A stretch of 64,000 bases of DNA. Origin: Tricharina praecox. Its lineage: Eukaryota. Location: NCBI RefSeq assembly GCF_024521635.1, contig NW_026250446.1, forward strand, positions 1 through 64,000. Reading direction: 5' to 3'. A model generated the notes under the pieces. The model searched no databases. It saw only the letters and a list, made by a program, of their open reading frames with translations, and had not been told where the DNA came from. The translations under genes were made by a program, and so were the position numbers. This document shows positions 52,152 through 64,000 of the stretch, piece by piece (position 1 is the stretch's first letter; each line of letters begins with the position of its first letter).

Positions 52152-53608
52152 GCTAGGCTCGGAAGGATCGATCGCGACCCCGCTTGTGTCTAGTCACGTG
52201 CGCAAATGGAGGCAGCCATGAGCGACAAATATGTAGAGGAATCCACGTGGTCATCCAGTATTGAAAGTAAGCGACATGCAATCTACCTCAAGACTCGGAG
52301 ATTTCAGTCGGTGAGACACCACGCGCCAAAACTCGACCGACCCTGAGAGAGCCAGCCGATGGCGTCATCGCTAAGTACACCCCTTGGTCATGTACACTCA
52401 CTCGCCATTCTCACAGAAACCGACGATATATATCATTTCTTCAATGAGCATCAAGGCCACAAATCTACCAGCTCTGGGGCTGTCCATTCACCTTAAGATG
52501 GTAGTACTATACTTGATCAATGTTTCTCGTATTTAGACAATTATTGACCACTATGTCCCAGCAAAATGGCTCCCGATGGAACTGGTCCTGGTCGCCGTGG
52601 GCGACACATGACACTTCTGTAACGACGGCTGGAATACTTAGGACCAATGAAGCCCAGATATTGATCTTCGCCTGCGCTCAGTCAAGCCATTTCATGTGTA
52701 GACAAATGATGCGAACCGCGAGCCATCAGTAGGCGCAGGGTTGAACTGCGTGTGCGCGACCAGTTCCCACCAACGAAGAGGCCCTATAGTAACCCCGACC
52801 CGAGCTGTTTTCATCTAGAACAACATCCTTCAAACGTTCACGTTCTTTCTTTCGTCACCTTCCGTTTCCGCGTTTTGTGGGAGGTATTTGGTGGCACCAT
52901 CGGGAAAAAAACTAGTATCCTTGGAGTGGAGAGATACCAGTAGGCGATCGACAAACTCAGATAGGGACTTTCGTCATAAATGATCGTATCACCTAGGGTA
53001 TTGGTAGTTTACTTCATAGACGTCTGCAACACGTCGCACATCCTAGGTCAGTCGATGTCTGATATCATCTAGGTAGGTGACGTCCGTCACGCATAATCAC
53101 TCGGTTTCTCACATTCGAGGAGATTTCTGAGGATTCTATTTAACGCTATTCTTGCCCGCTTCCTTCAGCCTGATGCCAACAGACTCATAGGTGACCCCAA
53201 GCCCTCTGGTTGACTGCAAAACGGTGAGCGACAGATCTCCGAGAAGAATGGTGGAGGTGATCAGAGTGATATTTCATGCCGGAGTTGATACAGGTACCAG
53301 ATCTACCATGTCAACAGGTCCCGTTCACGGTATAACACCTTATCCTTCGGACTCCGAGGTGTCAAGCTGCGGTTCCGGTCAGCATATAGCTACGGGGATT
53401 GCACCTACCATCTGGAAGACGTCGCTCGCAGACAGCCACCTTGCCCCACTGTACTTGATAGGTAGCACGCACGTCTGCTGGGGGCGAGTCATCGATAACG
53501 ATGAGGGTGAACTGCGTCCTTCCTTCTTTAATTCCGCATGTCTGCCGGCGAAAACCAAAAGCATATGGTGTGCGCACTAGAAAATAGGAACCAGGCGCAA
53601 AAGAGAAC

Positions 53609-53698
53609 GGCTCGAACCCGGATTTGAACCGGGGACCTCTCGCAATTGATGCTTAGGAGCGACCCTAAGCGAGAATCATACCACTAGACCATCCGAGC
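53609..53698 (-). tRNA. tRNA-Pro(AGG) with an 18-nt intron
   Basis: Acceptor stem GCTCGGA/TTCGAGC, D-arm TGGTCTAGTGGTATGATT, anticodon arm CTCGC-TT-AGG-G[intron]T-GCGAG and T-loop GGTTCAAATCC. TTTT lies downstream. Confidence 0.95.
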
Positions 53699-54263
53699 TA
53701 TATAATGACATGACTCAATTTTTACGACTTTAGGAGTCAGTTGAGAACGTGAACCACTTTCACAGCTTTTTTCCTTCCTTCTTGTACCCTTATCTCTCAC
53801 TGCATTGGATATACCTCTTTAGAACCGTGGTGGTAACTATGGCTCACCGGGTGGTCTACTAGGTAAGCGAGAATAGCAAGATGAAGTGGCACCGCCCGCT
53901 GAACCAGTGTTGTACCAAGACTGATCCTAAAAAGTATATCGGAAATAAATCCAACTGCACATAGATTCCTTGAAAGGATAAATGTGTATATATATCGCTG
54001 GCGTTTCCAGCGGGTTACTCCATTGAGTTTACCTTCGCTTCGCTTTGAAAACGGCGGGAATTGATTCGGTATCTGCAATGATTCCACCGATCGTAGAACT
54101 CCTTATGCCTCGCGATTATATGTATGATAATCACTTGTGCCGATGTTAGTCTCCGCTATATACCGAGTTAGCACGCTGAAGTGGAGCTATAGCGCTGTGT
54201 AACGTGAGGTGGAATGAAATTGGCATGTAAAGGCGTCTCACGTCAGCAGCTTTCACAGTAACA

Positions 54264-54335
54264 GCCCGAATGGTCTAGTGGTATGATTCCTGCTTTGGGT
54301 GCAGGAGGTCTCCGGTTCAAACCCGGATTCGGGCC
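54264..54335 (+). tRNA. tRNA-Pro(TGG), intronless
   Basis: Acceptor stem GCCCGAA/TTCGGGC, anticodon arm CCTGC-TT-TGG-GT-GCAGG and T-loop GGTTCAAACCC. TTTT lies downstream. Confidence 0.96.
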
Positions 54336-54639
54336 AATTCATCTTTTGTCTTCATCTGTACCTATGGTTTCGCGCTGTCACATACTTTTCCGGTACGGTG
54401 AACAGCTCGTCTTCTTCCACCCATAAACAGTTATTTTAGTGTGTGATGGTGTCCTTTTACACGGCATTTAGCTATTTGCGGAAGTAATAATCTCAAGCTC
54501 AAGTGTTGACTTTTTTGGCAGACCAGCTGCATCGAATAGGTTGACTTTGAGGCTGGTCCTGCAACTACATAAGTGCCACATACTGTCCCTGCTTCCGCTT
54601 TGAACACCAGCAAGCACTTTACAATCTCGGTCTTCGGTC

Positions 54640-55149
54640 ATGGCTATCGTCAACAATTCATTTCCACTGCAGAGACAGTCTAGTCCTACCGGAAGGATCA
54701 ATGATTTAGAATGCGGAAACACGGCCACACCTCCACCGGAGTACACCGACAGATCCGCCAGAGAATTCAACCCTGTCGATGCTAACTGTGAACTTCCAGC
54801 TTACACGCTCACCTCAGCGGCCACGATCACAAGGAATTCGTACAATCAAGCGACGGAATGTGGTATACATGGCCGTGCGCGATACGTCTCCGTGATTAAC
54901 TGACACTATGAGGCGACAGGTGGCCGAAGTACTTATAAGATAATCCCCTGTGATGCCTTCATTATCATCATCACTATCCTTCTGGTCAGTACAAAGCTCA
55001 CTCCCTTCCTCCGCCGCCTCAATGCCCATCTTCCCCGATGTGTTCGATGTCGCTGATACTGTCTGATCCGAAAGCTCGGCGCTATGATAGCACTACCTTT
55101 TGTTCTGCTGCATCATTTTGGCAAATGGCCAGGAGCAGGGTCCAGCTGA
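54640..55149 (+). CDS. Small membrane protein with PPxY/LPxY motifs (120 aa, 3 exons)
   Basis: Exons 54640-54862, 54920-54984 and 55075-55149 join in frame. PPPEY and LPAY precede a hydrophobic segment AFIIIITILL|LGAMIALPFVLL that spans a splice junction. Confidence 0.65.
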
Positions 55150-55841
55150 ACGACGAGCTTATCCACCGCCTGGTGCATGGATTACCGCTGATGTGTGGAA
55201 GTTGGAAGTTAGAAGTTGGGATGTTTGGCTGTTAGAAGTGGGCTGGCGAGGATGCATTTCTAGTATGGTAGATGTTTTTCCTTTCTTTTGGGATAGGTTT
55301 CTTTAGAAATTAGGTAGGAGTGGGTGCACGCGGTGGATCAATCTAAATTCACGTTTCGCAATACGAGAGAACGAGGGAGGTACTCCAATGTAGGCCGTGT
55401 GCGTGGACTGTAAACATGATATACGCTTTTTACGATAAACTCTGGTGAGAAGTCTGAAATTTTCATGAAGGTAATTTAGGCGTACTTAATCGACTCGGAT
55501 CCATCCCTCTGATCGAAGCGGCTGCATTACGCAATGCAACCTGGCCATCTGCACCAAGATTTGGTCTGAGGATTGGCATTACCAAGGCAGACGCAGAATG
55601 ACAATATTCAGCAGAGGGGGGATTGCAGGAACTGAAGATAGAGAATAGTCATGTTCACCGCACGCCGTCAACAGGAACATCCACACATTTGCTTAGGAAA
55701 TCTACGTAGAGGTATTTACTGCACTGCCGCAAACAATCTTGTAGAGAAAAACAAATGTCCACAACCGCCGGCCGCGGCACCTATCAAAGCAGCACCCGCT
55801 CGCCTCGGCCCTCGGCCACCCAGCCTGATGGTTTCCACTGC

Positions 55842-56328
55842 TTAAGATGAAGGTGCAGGTTCAGGTGCAGATTTCGACTGCTTAAAATAAATGTACAAGA
55901 AAACTGCAAACAGGAGCTCGAAGATGTTAGAAGTGATCACTCCAATATGCATACAGCAATTTTCCCACCCCTCCTTCGCTGCGTGGAACTTCATGACGCC
56001 AAGCCCACTGGAGATAAGACAAGCCGCCGACAGGTAGAAAATCCAGTAAGTCATGTAGGCTCCTATAACGACCGCCCAGTACTCCCACTGTAGCAGTGGC
56101 GGTGGTGCTGCCGGTGTGGCCGCATGTGGGCACGCAGTCGATGGCGGAGGGGAAGCAGTTGGATGCTCTTTATCGTGCGTACTGGGATTACTTGATCGAT
56201 TCGCCTCTAGATCTTGAGCTGTGTGCGACGCGCAAGGAGGCGGCCGCTCATCTAAGCTGCTGTTAGCATTTCTCGTGTGATGAATAGGTACCTAGGTACA
56301 GGAACGAACCGGCGCATTCACTCGACAT
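55842..56328 (-). CDS. Small hypothetical membrane protein (about 2 TM segments)
   Basis: The frame of ORF 55842-56054 stays open upstream to an acceptor at 56252 (CTAAC..TTAG). It contains DLEAN, a Pro-rich linker and hydrophobic helices. The first exon (56328-56292, 40-nt intron) is uncertain. Confidence 0.5.
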
Positions 56329-57057
56329 TCTATCTTTGACTCTGTCCGTTGGTTCGTTTGTCATGATTTCTGCCGCTCCAATGTCGTTTTCGTGTCGTGC
56401 TCGTGTTGTTTATCAGCGATGCAGTGATGCATCAGGTGCAAGCAGGTATGGGTGAACCGAGAACTGCGGATCCAAGGCAGTGATTTATTCCTCCGATGGC
56501 AGTAAATTTTGCAGCAATCTGGCCCTTGAGCTTCAGGGAAGCCAAGTACCGCCGAGCCATGTGCCGCCACCAAGTATCATTGCTAAACAAACTCGGATCA
56601 CCTTGAGTACCCCCGGTTTAGAGTACATGCCGGAAAGGCTTTGAGATCTGGATATATGAACCTACTTGATCGCTCGGAGAGCCAAAAGTTTGATTGGATC
56701 AAGACTTTTCCGCGAGGAGACCCACCGTTTGAGTTTTTAAGCTCCCCGAAGTCTGTCTTTTCGCTCGATGGTGAACTGTAACCTTCACCGCGAAACCTTT
56801 CGTACCGCAGCCTTTGATCAATGATCCGTCGTGTTCCAGCGTTCCATCCTTTTCTCAACAGGCGGAAGTGAAAGCCATGAGCATGAGGAAGTCGCAAAAA
56901 AGCACGAGTTTTTGAGCAAAAAGTCCCGTCGAGCGCGAACACGGCATCACGTCATCTCGCCAAATGACGGTTTGAACTTTGAAGCAACAGAAGAACCGTG
57001 TAATTATCGTTCCATTTGACGATGCGGAAGGTCAAGAATAGGGGGAAACGTTTACTT

Positions 57058-58478
57058 CGTAAGCTTTCTACAAATATCGCGTACAGTGTCGAATCATGTA
57101 ACTCTGCAGGCGTCATCAACCTCGCCTAAAGCGGCATCATGAAGAAGCACTCGGTCTACAACAACTTCCGTCGTTGACACGTTAAATTCGTCAGTAATGA
57201 GAGAGTTTACGGATGTGTACAGAGAGATAGGCAATGTAGGAAGTTTCAATAGAGAAAACGCGTAGAACTTCGCCATAGGGGTCATCGAAGCTACAATCAT
57301 AGACGTCACTCGTTAAGCAAACATCTAGCGTGGAGATCATAATTTCACGTTCTTAAACACGATGTTTTTTAGAGGAAAACCCGTAGGTAAAAAACCTCAC
57401 CACGTAACAAGTGGCCATGAAAGGGAGAGCAGTACTCACCTCTGCTCCTGACTCGTCACTCAGCGCGACGCTGGTCCCCGCCCATCACCACCAACGGTCC
57501 ACCCCATGCATCCGCAGATCGCATCGACCGTGGTTGCTCCGCCCGCCTGGAGCACCAGCCTCTCCTTCGCCGCCTTCGCCGCCCGGCCGCGCTTTGTATC
57601 TGCTGCTTCCCAGGGCGGCCGAGAAGAGATCGTACGACCTTTCCTCTTTCGCTTGGCAACCAGAGAACGAAGCCGGCACGGGACCTTAATCCATTCGGAG
57701 ACGTCTGGCGGCACCTCGGAGAAGCTGAGAGAGGAGGAGCCTTTGTCGGCGAGTGGCGAGTCAGCAGTCCGCTTGAACCACTTCGGGCACAACGCGCCTA
57801 ACACAACTATCAGCGAGGAAATTCTGCAATTCGCATGGAAAAGAAACTTAAAGTAAGGACCCTGCCGTCGGTCGTGCGCCTCGCGACGCTCCGGGCTCAG
57901 CAACACGTGCATCGCTGTTCGCAGCTAGTTGGTAGTTACACCTGTCAGTCTAGATGATCATCGTGGTAGATATGAAGAATGAAATGCGTGAACTTACCAG
58001 ATCGACACTCAGGTGGCATTTCATGACGGCCTCCATGGCCAGCTCGATGACTGCCAGGATTTGATCGTGTGTTGCGAAATGTGCAACACCGATTAGATCA
58101 TAGTAGAAGATCTTCGTCATCGTGATTGTGGGGAAAAAGAAGTAGGGAGAGAGAAGAAAGTAGTCGAGGGGATTGTTGCTACCTGGGTTGTGATAGTAAC
58201 CGGAGGTATGGAGTGGGAAGGAAGGAAGGTTGATCAACGCCGTAAGATTTCTACAAACATCGCCTACCGAGTCGAATCATGCAACTCTGCAGGCGTCATC
58301 GACCTCGCCTACAGCGACATCATGTAAAATCACTCGATATAAACAAATTCCGTCGTTGACGCATTGTTGAATTCAGGCATAAATGACAGAACTTGTTGTT
58401 GAATACAGCGAGACAGGCAATGTAGGAAGTTTCAATTGAGAAAACGCGTAGAACCTCGAGATAGGCGTCATCTAAGGT
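57058..58478. repeat. Diverged ~235-bp direct repeats (57058-57292 and 58241-58478) flanking J-like paralog B
   Basis: Shared blocks include GTCGAATCATG.AACTCTGCAGGCGTCATC and GGCAATGTAGGAAGTTTCAAT.GAGAAAACGCGTAGAAC. Confidence 0.85.
57460..58120 (-). CDS. J-domain-like protein lacking HPD, paralog B
   Basis: Exon 1 (41 codons) is MTKIFYYDLIGVAHFATHDQI..., followed by an intron at 57997-57925 and then LRTAMHVLLSPERREAHDRR. The intron position is the same as in paralog A. Confidence 0.55.
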
Positions 58479-58879
58479 ACCGCCATTTAGGATCACTCGG
58501 CGTGCATAACTTACGGCAGGGACATCATAATTTCGGATTTTTCGCCTGGCGTTCCATAACAATCCCGAAGCTTCCAAAATTGGCAGTATAAGCTATATGT
58601 TCTCTTTTGCCAAGAGTAGCTTCCTTTACAGATGGCTGTTGAGGTTCCGGCGGCAGCGGTAGGCACCCGAGTGATCGGTAGTGGAGCGCCGGCCGTGTAT
58701 AACGGGGCCTCGTTACCAAGAGCCTAGTTTAGGTCGCTGTCAAGTTCTTCATTGTCCCTTTACTGTCTGTATAGTATACTGTCTTTTATATGGTCACCTA
58801 TCAATACATTCATGTCAAATATAAGGTCGAGAAACATGATGATATATTCGGTACAGTAACAATATCGTGAGCAACTCTC

Positions 58880-59649
58880 TCTCTCTTTACATACATAGGA
58901 AGTCTCTGCATCGATCCCATCTCGCATCGTCTCGCTTCCGCCGGAGCTTCTCCTAGAAAATCCGCCGGGCCTCCTGCTGGGCAATGATCTTCTCACGCTC
59001 GAGGCGGCACGCCTCCCGGCGACGCCGCTCCGCCTCCTGCTGGGCCAGCAGCTGACGTTCCGACGCCAGACGCTCGTACTTCTGCTGGATGTGCTCAGCC
59101 ACGAGTGCCTACGTGTGCACCCCGGACCTCCTCGCACGCTCCCCCTTCTCCACATGAAGTCTCGTTGCCTCCGCGCATTTTTCGGCCTCCTTCTCCTGCT
59201 CCCTTGACAACAGCTTGTCCTTGTCGTCCTCTGGGTCAAGCCCCTCGCGGATCCGGGCCGCGTGGTAGTGCTGCTCGAAGCGGTTCTTCTGCCGGGCCTC
59301 GTCCACACGAAACTCCCATTGATCTGTAGTTTCGCCCTCCTTGCACTCCGGCAAGGAGGGGCTGGGCTCCGGTGTGAAGTTCCACCTTCGCCACCATCAC
59401 CGCCCTTCGAGAAATACACTTGACTGCAGGAAAGGTCTCACTGCTGGTGGAAAGAGGCGGCGCAGTGGCAGGAGGAAAGGTTATTCTACTAGCCAAAAGC
59501 GGCACCATAGTTGCAGGAGGCACAGCCTCGTTGCTAGTCGGAAGCGGCGGCGCAGTAGCAGCAGGAAAGGGCGCGCGCTGGTCAGTCCTGGACTGGAAAC
59601 TTCTCGCATTTGCTTTGCGGGCGGACTTGGATGTATGTGGTGGTGCCAT
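58880..59649 (-). pseudogene. Degenerate gene for a Pro-rich/coiled-coil protein
   Basis: ATG at 59649 follows a pyrimidine-rich leader. A frameshift leads to an E/R/Q-rich frame interrupted by TAG stops. Confidence 0.4.
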
Positions 59650-60235
59650 CAGGATTGGTGTAGAAGGCAAAGTTGGTAAGAGAGGAGAAAGTCGTCTGGG
59701 TGTTCTGTGTAGAGTGGAGCGACAGAAGAAGTGGTGTGGCGAAGAGGGAAGGAAGAAGAGAGACGGGAAGAAAGAGAGCAGCGGGTAGGCTGGGGGCTCC
59801 AGAATCAGGGTAACATTTCGATTCGATTTGCGGGGTGAGATAGGGTTATGACCTTGGGTTAGGTATTTGCTGTGAGGTCTCCTCTTCGCTCACTCGACTA
59901 GGCTACTACGCCAACTCTTCCGCTCCCTCCACTCTTCCGCACCCACCATAGTTCCGCATCATTAGCCCATTCGCTCTCTCAACTCGTGCCTAATAGGCCG
60001 TGTCTCTTTCGTTTTGTGTGTAATCATCGATCGTCGCTTTCTGTCAGAATATGGGACGTCCGGACTCCGGAGATGACGATGTTCCGGCTTACTCTCGCAT
60101 GGTATCCGAGCACGGAAGGCCAAGTCCTAAAGCGATCAATGCAGATATTGTATGGTCTATGAAGCCTGTGTATAGAGAGAGCTTGCTGCTCACGATGTTG
60201 TTGCTGTACCGAATGCTTTTATGATCTTCTAGGGT

Positions 60236-60420
60236 CTACGAGTTCTCAGCGTCAATAACACTTCGTAGTTGAGGGTCGTTTGCACAGGTGTGATTCACTC
60301 TGATACTCTCGACAAGCCCGCTGGCTGATACATCACGTGGCAATCGATGGGGTCGAACCCGGTCCGGAACCACCACATCACATAGACAGCACTCAGGCTT
60401 ACGGAGGCTACTGTCCATCC
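60236..60420 (-). repeat. Inverted copy of ~25050-25235 (upstream region of J-like paralog A)
   Basis: The reverse complement shares TGGTTCCGGACCG, GACCCCATCGATTGCCACGT and TATTGACG.TGAGAACTCG. Confidence 0.85.
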
Positions 60421-60916
60421 GGCGGCAGGATGTTCGACATCAATGGTTGGTTAGTAAAGGAATTGAACCACCTAAGCAATGCCTACGAATGACGGGGAAA
60501 AGACCAGTCAATGTGGGAAACTGCGGTAAGAACATGCAGTGTCCGGAACTGCTGCCACCTGAACCACTTATCACCCGGCGGAGTAGACTATAATCGAAGT
60601 GAACATAAGCAATCTTTCCTGGTCGTCCGTGATGGCTCCTAGTTACGTTGCTCCGGTGGTGTTGGGCACGTGCAATGCGTATTGATCTGAGAGACGTGGG
60701 ATAATATGCTACTTGCTAACTGTTAGAAGGTGTGGCGAATCAGTATTGATACCAGCACTATCCGGAGGTGGGGGCCACCGGCGGTGCCAGCATGAGGATA
60801 TGAGATTCGGTAGATAGATCATAGCCATCAATGAAAGCTCAACTCTTATACAAAACATGCATTCGACTAACTAAAGCTATTCTCGTGCCTTTCAATACAA
60901 ACGGATTTCAAAGCTA

Positions 60917-62230
60917 TCAAATGACTGTGGTAAAGAAAGCAAAGCTTAGACATGTCAAACAGCCGCCCCCTTCATATCCCTTTGGCACCTGCCCACGGGG
61001 TTCCTCTTCATTCCCTCGCCTCGTCTTCCGACCTGGCTCCTCCGCAAACGTAGCTACAAGCGTGCCATTGAACCACTCCATCGTCACTTGCGCGTGAACT
61101 AATACAGCCTTCCTGACGGCGACTTGCAAAGCTTTCCGTGCCTCATGCGGGAACGCAAATGCTGCATCCGTGAAAGACCGCCACACTTCGAGACGGCGGG
61201 CTTCGTCGACCAGTTCCAACACGGACTGCATATATCTCTTGACAACCATGTCGTGGATATCAATGCACTCCTCCTGTCCTACGGCGAGATTAAACCAACG
61301 GAAGATGGTCTCCGTCCCTAGGTCCGCGAGCGAGTGAGCAGTGTGCGGACACAGAAGCATGATCTCATGCGGTACACCCCGACGATGATCCCAGCCCACA
61401 GTTCTCCGGAAAACGACATCAGGTCATTCATATTCGGGGTAATTTGTGTGCTTATGCGTTGCCGAAGAAGCTCATACTGGTCGTCGTCGAGACTCTTCCA
61501 GTGAATGTGGACGAGACGATCTTGCAGTAGCCGAGGGAGAGGGATCTTGGTCATTCGGGATAGGGCCTTGGACTCCGCTTCAGGTGTGATTTCCGTCTGG
61601 AGATGCCAGGAACTGGGACCGAGGGATCTTCTAGGGAATTTCGTGCGGAAGATATCGGAAACAACCTTCAACGTGTCTAGCGCACCGCCGTCGTCTTCGT
61701 GAAGGGTATTGTTTGCAATTTCCGCTAGTCCGTCGGGTGCAGTCCCCCTCCCTTCGCCAAGGTCGTCCGGCACGCCACCGGCAAGTTCTGTAGCGCCGGC
61801 TCCGGTATCCTGATGTTTCCGCTTCCGCTCGCTAGTGGGCGTGTTGCCCTCGTCGTACTGCTTTAGGGTCGCACATCCCTACATTCATCAGCGTTTGCGG
61901 TCTTTTTAAGCGTCAGGATGGTGGTGGCAAATACAGCTCTCGTTCTCCACAACTCTTTCTCCACCCGTAAGATTTTCACCTTGATCTCCAACCCCTCCAC
62001 AATCGCGTTCAAGGCTTGCTTTTGCAGTCCCAAACCCGGTTGCACGTCCTAGGCTATCTTCCACTCATCCAGCATGCCCTGAATAAGGGGTATTGCTGTC
62101 TGGTTGTCGACGCGTAAACGCAGGAGCTCGTCGGCGTGAGACGCTTCGCTGCAAGCGATGAAATTGCTGGTGGGGGGTGGGCAGCATTATTGGCGCGCGG
62201 AAGCTCGAGGGCCGCGAGGAAGTACGACAT
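60917..62230 (-). pseudogene. Fragmented hypothetical gene
   Basis: Consecutive protein-like minus-strand frames (61863-62045, 61318-61773, 60917-61399) are joined by stops or frameshifts. No family was recognised. Confidence 0.35.
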
Positions 62231-62969
62231 GTCGCGTGGTGGTGACGGTGGTGACGGTGATGGTGATGGTGACGGTGGTGGTAGTGGGCGTGGTGGCGTC
62301 GGTTGGTCTGATGGATGCGTGTTATCCAGTTGTCCCTATGTTGTCAGCCTCGCCAAATATGGCCGGATGTGCAGCTGTACGCCACATCCAGCCTCATGTC
62401 TCACACGGCCACTCACAACTGCAATCCATGCGCATTTGTGTAACTAACCTCCTACACAGTGGAGTATGATTCCCGAAGGTTGAATGATGTGGTAGAAAGA
62501 AGAAGGTAATCAATTCGGTACAGCAACAATAGGTATCGTGATTCGTGAGCAGCTCCGATCTGGCGGGCGTTACTTCGTCCTTGCCAATGTACATCATGGC
62601 AGGTTACACATACTTCTCCATCCAGCTGTCACCGAGAGATGCCGGCGAGCTCAATACCGGTTCCCGATTACTCTCTGTCCAGGAGGCTCTCCCTCCCGCG
62701 AGTCAACCCTCCACGTTCCCTCCCAGCTCCCTCCCCGCTCCCTCCCCACTCCCTCCCCGGCTAACTCAATCTGACAGAGAAAAAGACAGAAAGAAAGAAA
62801 GAAGGAAAGACAGAATGAATTGATGAGGGCATTCTTCAGTCCATTTCTCGCCACGTCCAACCTCCTGTGAGCTCAACTAAGAAATCTGGTCCCTCGTCCC
62901 TGCCACCCGTGGTTTCTATATCCTCTGCCGGCGGGTTGTTACATCATTTGGCGTGTATTTTCCTTGTCG

Positions 62970-63809
62970 TTATCTTCTTGGGCAAGCCATGCGGTATCGT
63001 CCACGAAAGCTTCCAGATATCATCGAGTGATCTCCAATGACCTGCACAAGTGACATGGTGATGAATATTGTTACGTAAGTGATGGCATCGAGTGAGATCA
63101 AATGACGTGGAGCCAGGCGGCTTGGGACATCAATGAGTTGATCTCTGTGGGCCGATCGGTCGACTGAAACCCACTTGTTGTCGCCAGATCCGCACAATGG
63201 TGAGGCATATCCGGTCAGATGTGGTAGAAAAGAAAGTGCTGGATTACGTTTTGACTCTGGCAAACTGGATGTATTCGGATGGTCTATCCGGAAAGCGGCG
63301 GCTATTGCTCGGGAGAAAACCGTGTGAAGCGTTGGCTCTAGAACTGGAATGTGAAAATACACATCCACATCTGATTCTTCGGCTAATCGCTTCCTGGCAT
63401 CCTCCACGGAGCTTTCCGTCAACAGAACACTCGTGGAATGGTCTATTCTTCCACCGCTTGCCTCCGTATCCGCCTTCGGATCCATCACTCTACTGTTTCC
63501 TTCTCTCCTAGATATTACTATTCACCACTCACGGCACTCACTATATCAGAGGCCTCGAAAGTCGGCAACTGCCTTCTCGTAACTAGATCCTTTGCCGAAG
63601 ATTAGCGGCCGACCGGGTGCCACGAATGATAGGATGTCTATTGAGGTGAGATCCGTAACGTGGTTAGATTTCTCGGCGGCAAACAATCGTGTGGAAAGCG
63701 GCGGAGTTGCATGCCATCCATCCATCGTTCGGTCCACCGCCAGATACATTAAGTATGGGATGTTCGGGCATATTTGTCTTAGAATTGGCGAGGCTTTATC
63801 ATTTGGCAT
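62970..63809 (-). CDS. Hypothetical gene fragments, possibly continuing beyond the window
   Basis: Two adjacent protein-like ORFs (63546-63809 and 62970-63488). No recognisable motif. Confidence 0.25.
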
Positions 63810-64000
63810 CCTTCCTTCCCACAGCGCGATTTTGTCGAACGTCTTTCGCTGTCCAGATCATCCGTGTGAAGTTCGGGAACGACGCCCACAGTTGTCCGGT
63901 AACCTGTAAGCCGTCTACTTTCAAGTTTCCAACCCTCTGCCACCGCTGGTAAGCAGCTTTGTGACCATTCTAATTCACCGTTGCTTCAGCTCTGGCGGAG

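Noticed and set aside
52118..52156. Helitron 3' hairpin plus CTAG
   Set aside because: CTAG lies only 1 nt after the stem, no Helitron body is visible, and the site is in the SEM1 upstream region.
57058..58478. LTR or TRIM element carrying the J-like gene
   Set aside because: No TG...CA ends, primer-binding site or TSD were seen. A tandem-duplication relic is simpler.

Overview
This is eukaryotic DNA from a filamentous ascomycete, shown by short GT/GC-AG introns with CTRAC branch sites and Tad1-like LINE remnants. The style suggests Pezizomycetes, which is an inference. A core block from about 33 to 55 kb holds the cohesin subunit Scc3, the urease accessory gene ureD, an Old Yellow Enzyme, a conserved Lys/Glu-rich protein, SEM1/DSS1 and two divergent tRNA-Pro genes. 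It is flanked and interleaved by accessory DNA: two hAT-type MITEs with 8-bp TSDs, a 5'-truncated LINE with a 15-bp TSD, minisatellites, a duplicated trypsin-like pseudoprotease, an F-box gene and two HPD-less J-domain-like paralogs. The most notable feature is a family of six intronless 63-64 aa RING-H2-only microproteins. Five sit in ~1-kb tandem units split into two oppositely oriented arrays, and the closest pair differs by 9 synonymous versus 2 non-synonymous changes. All alignments and splice models were made by eye, and no database searches were run.
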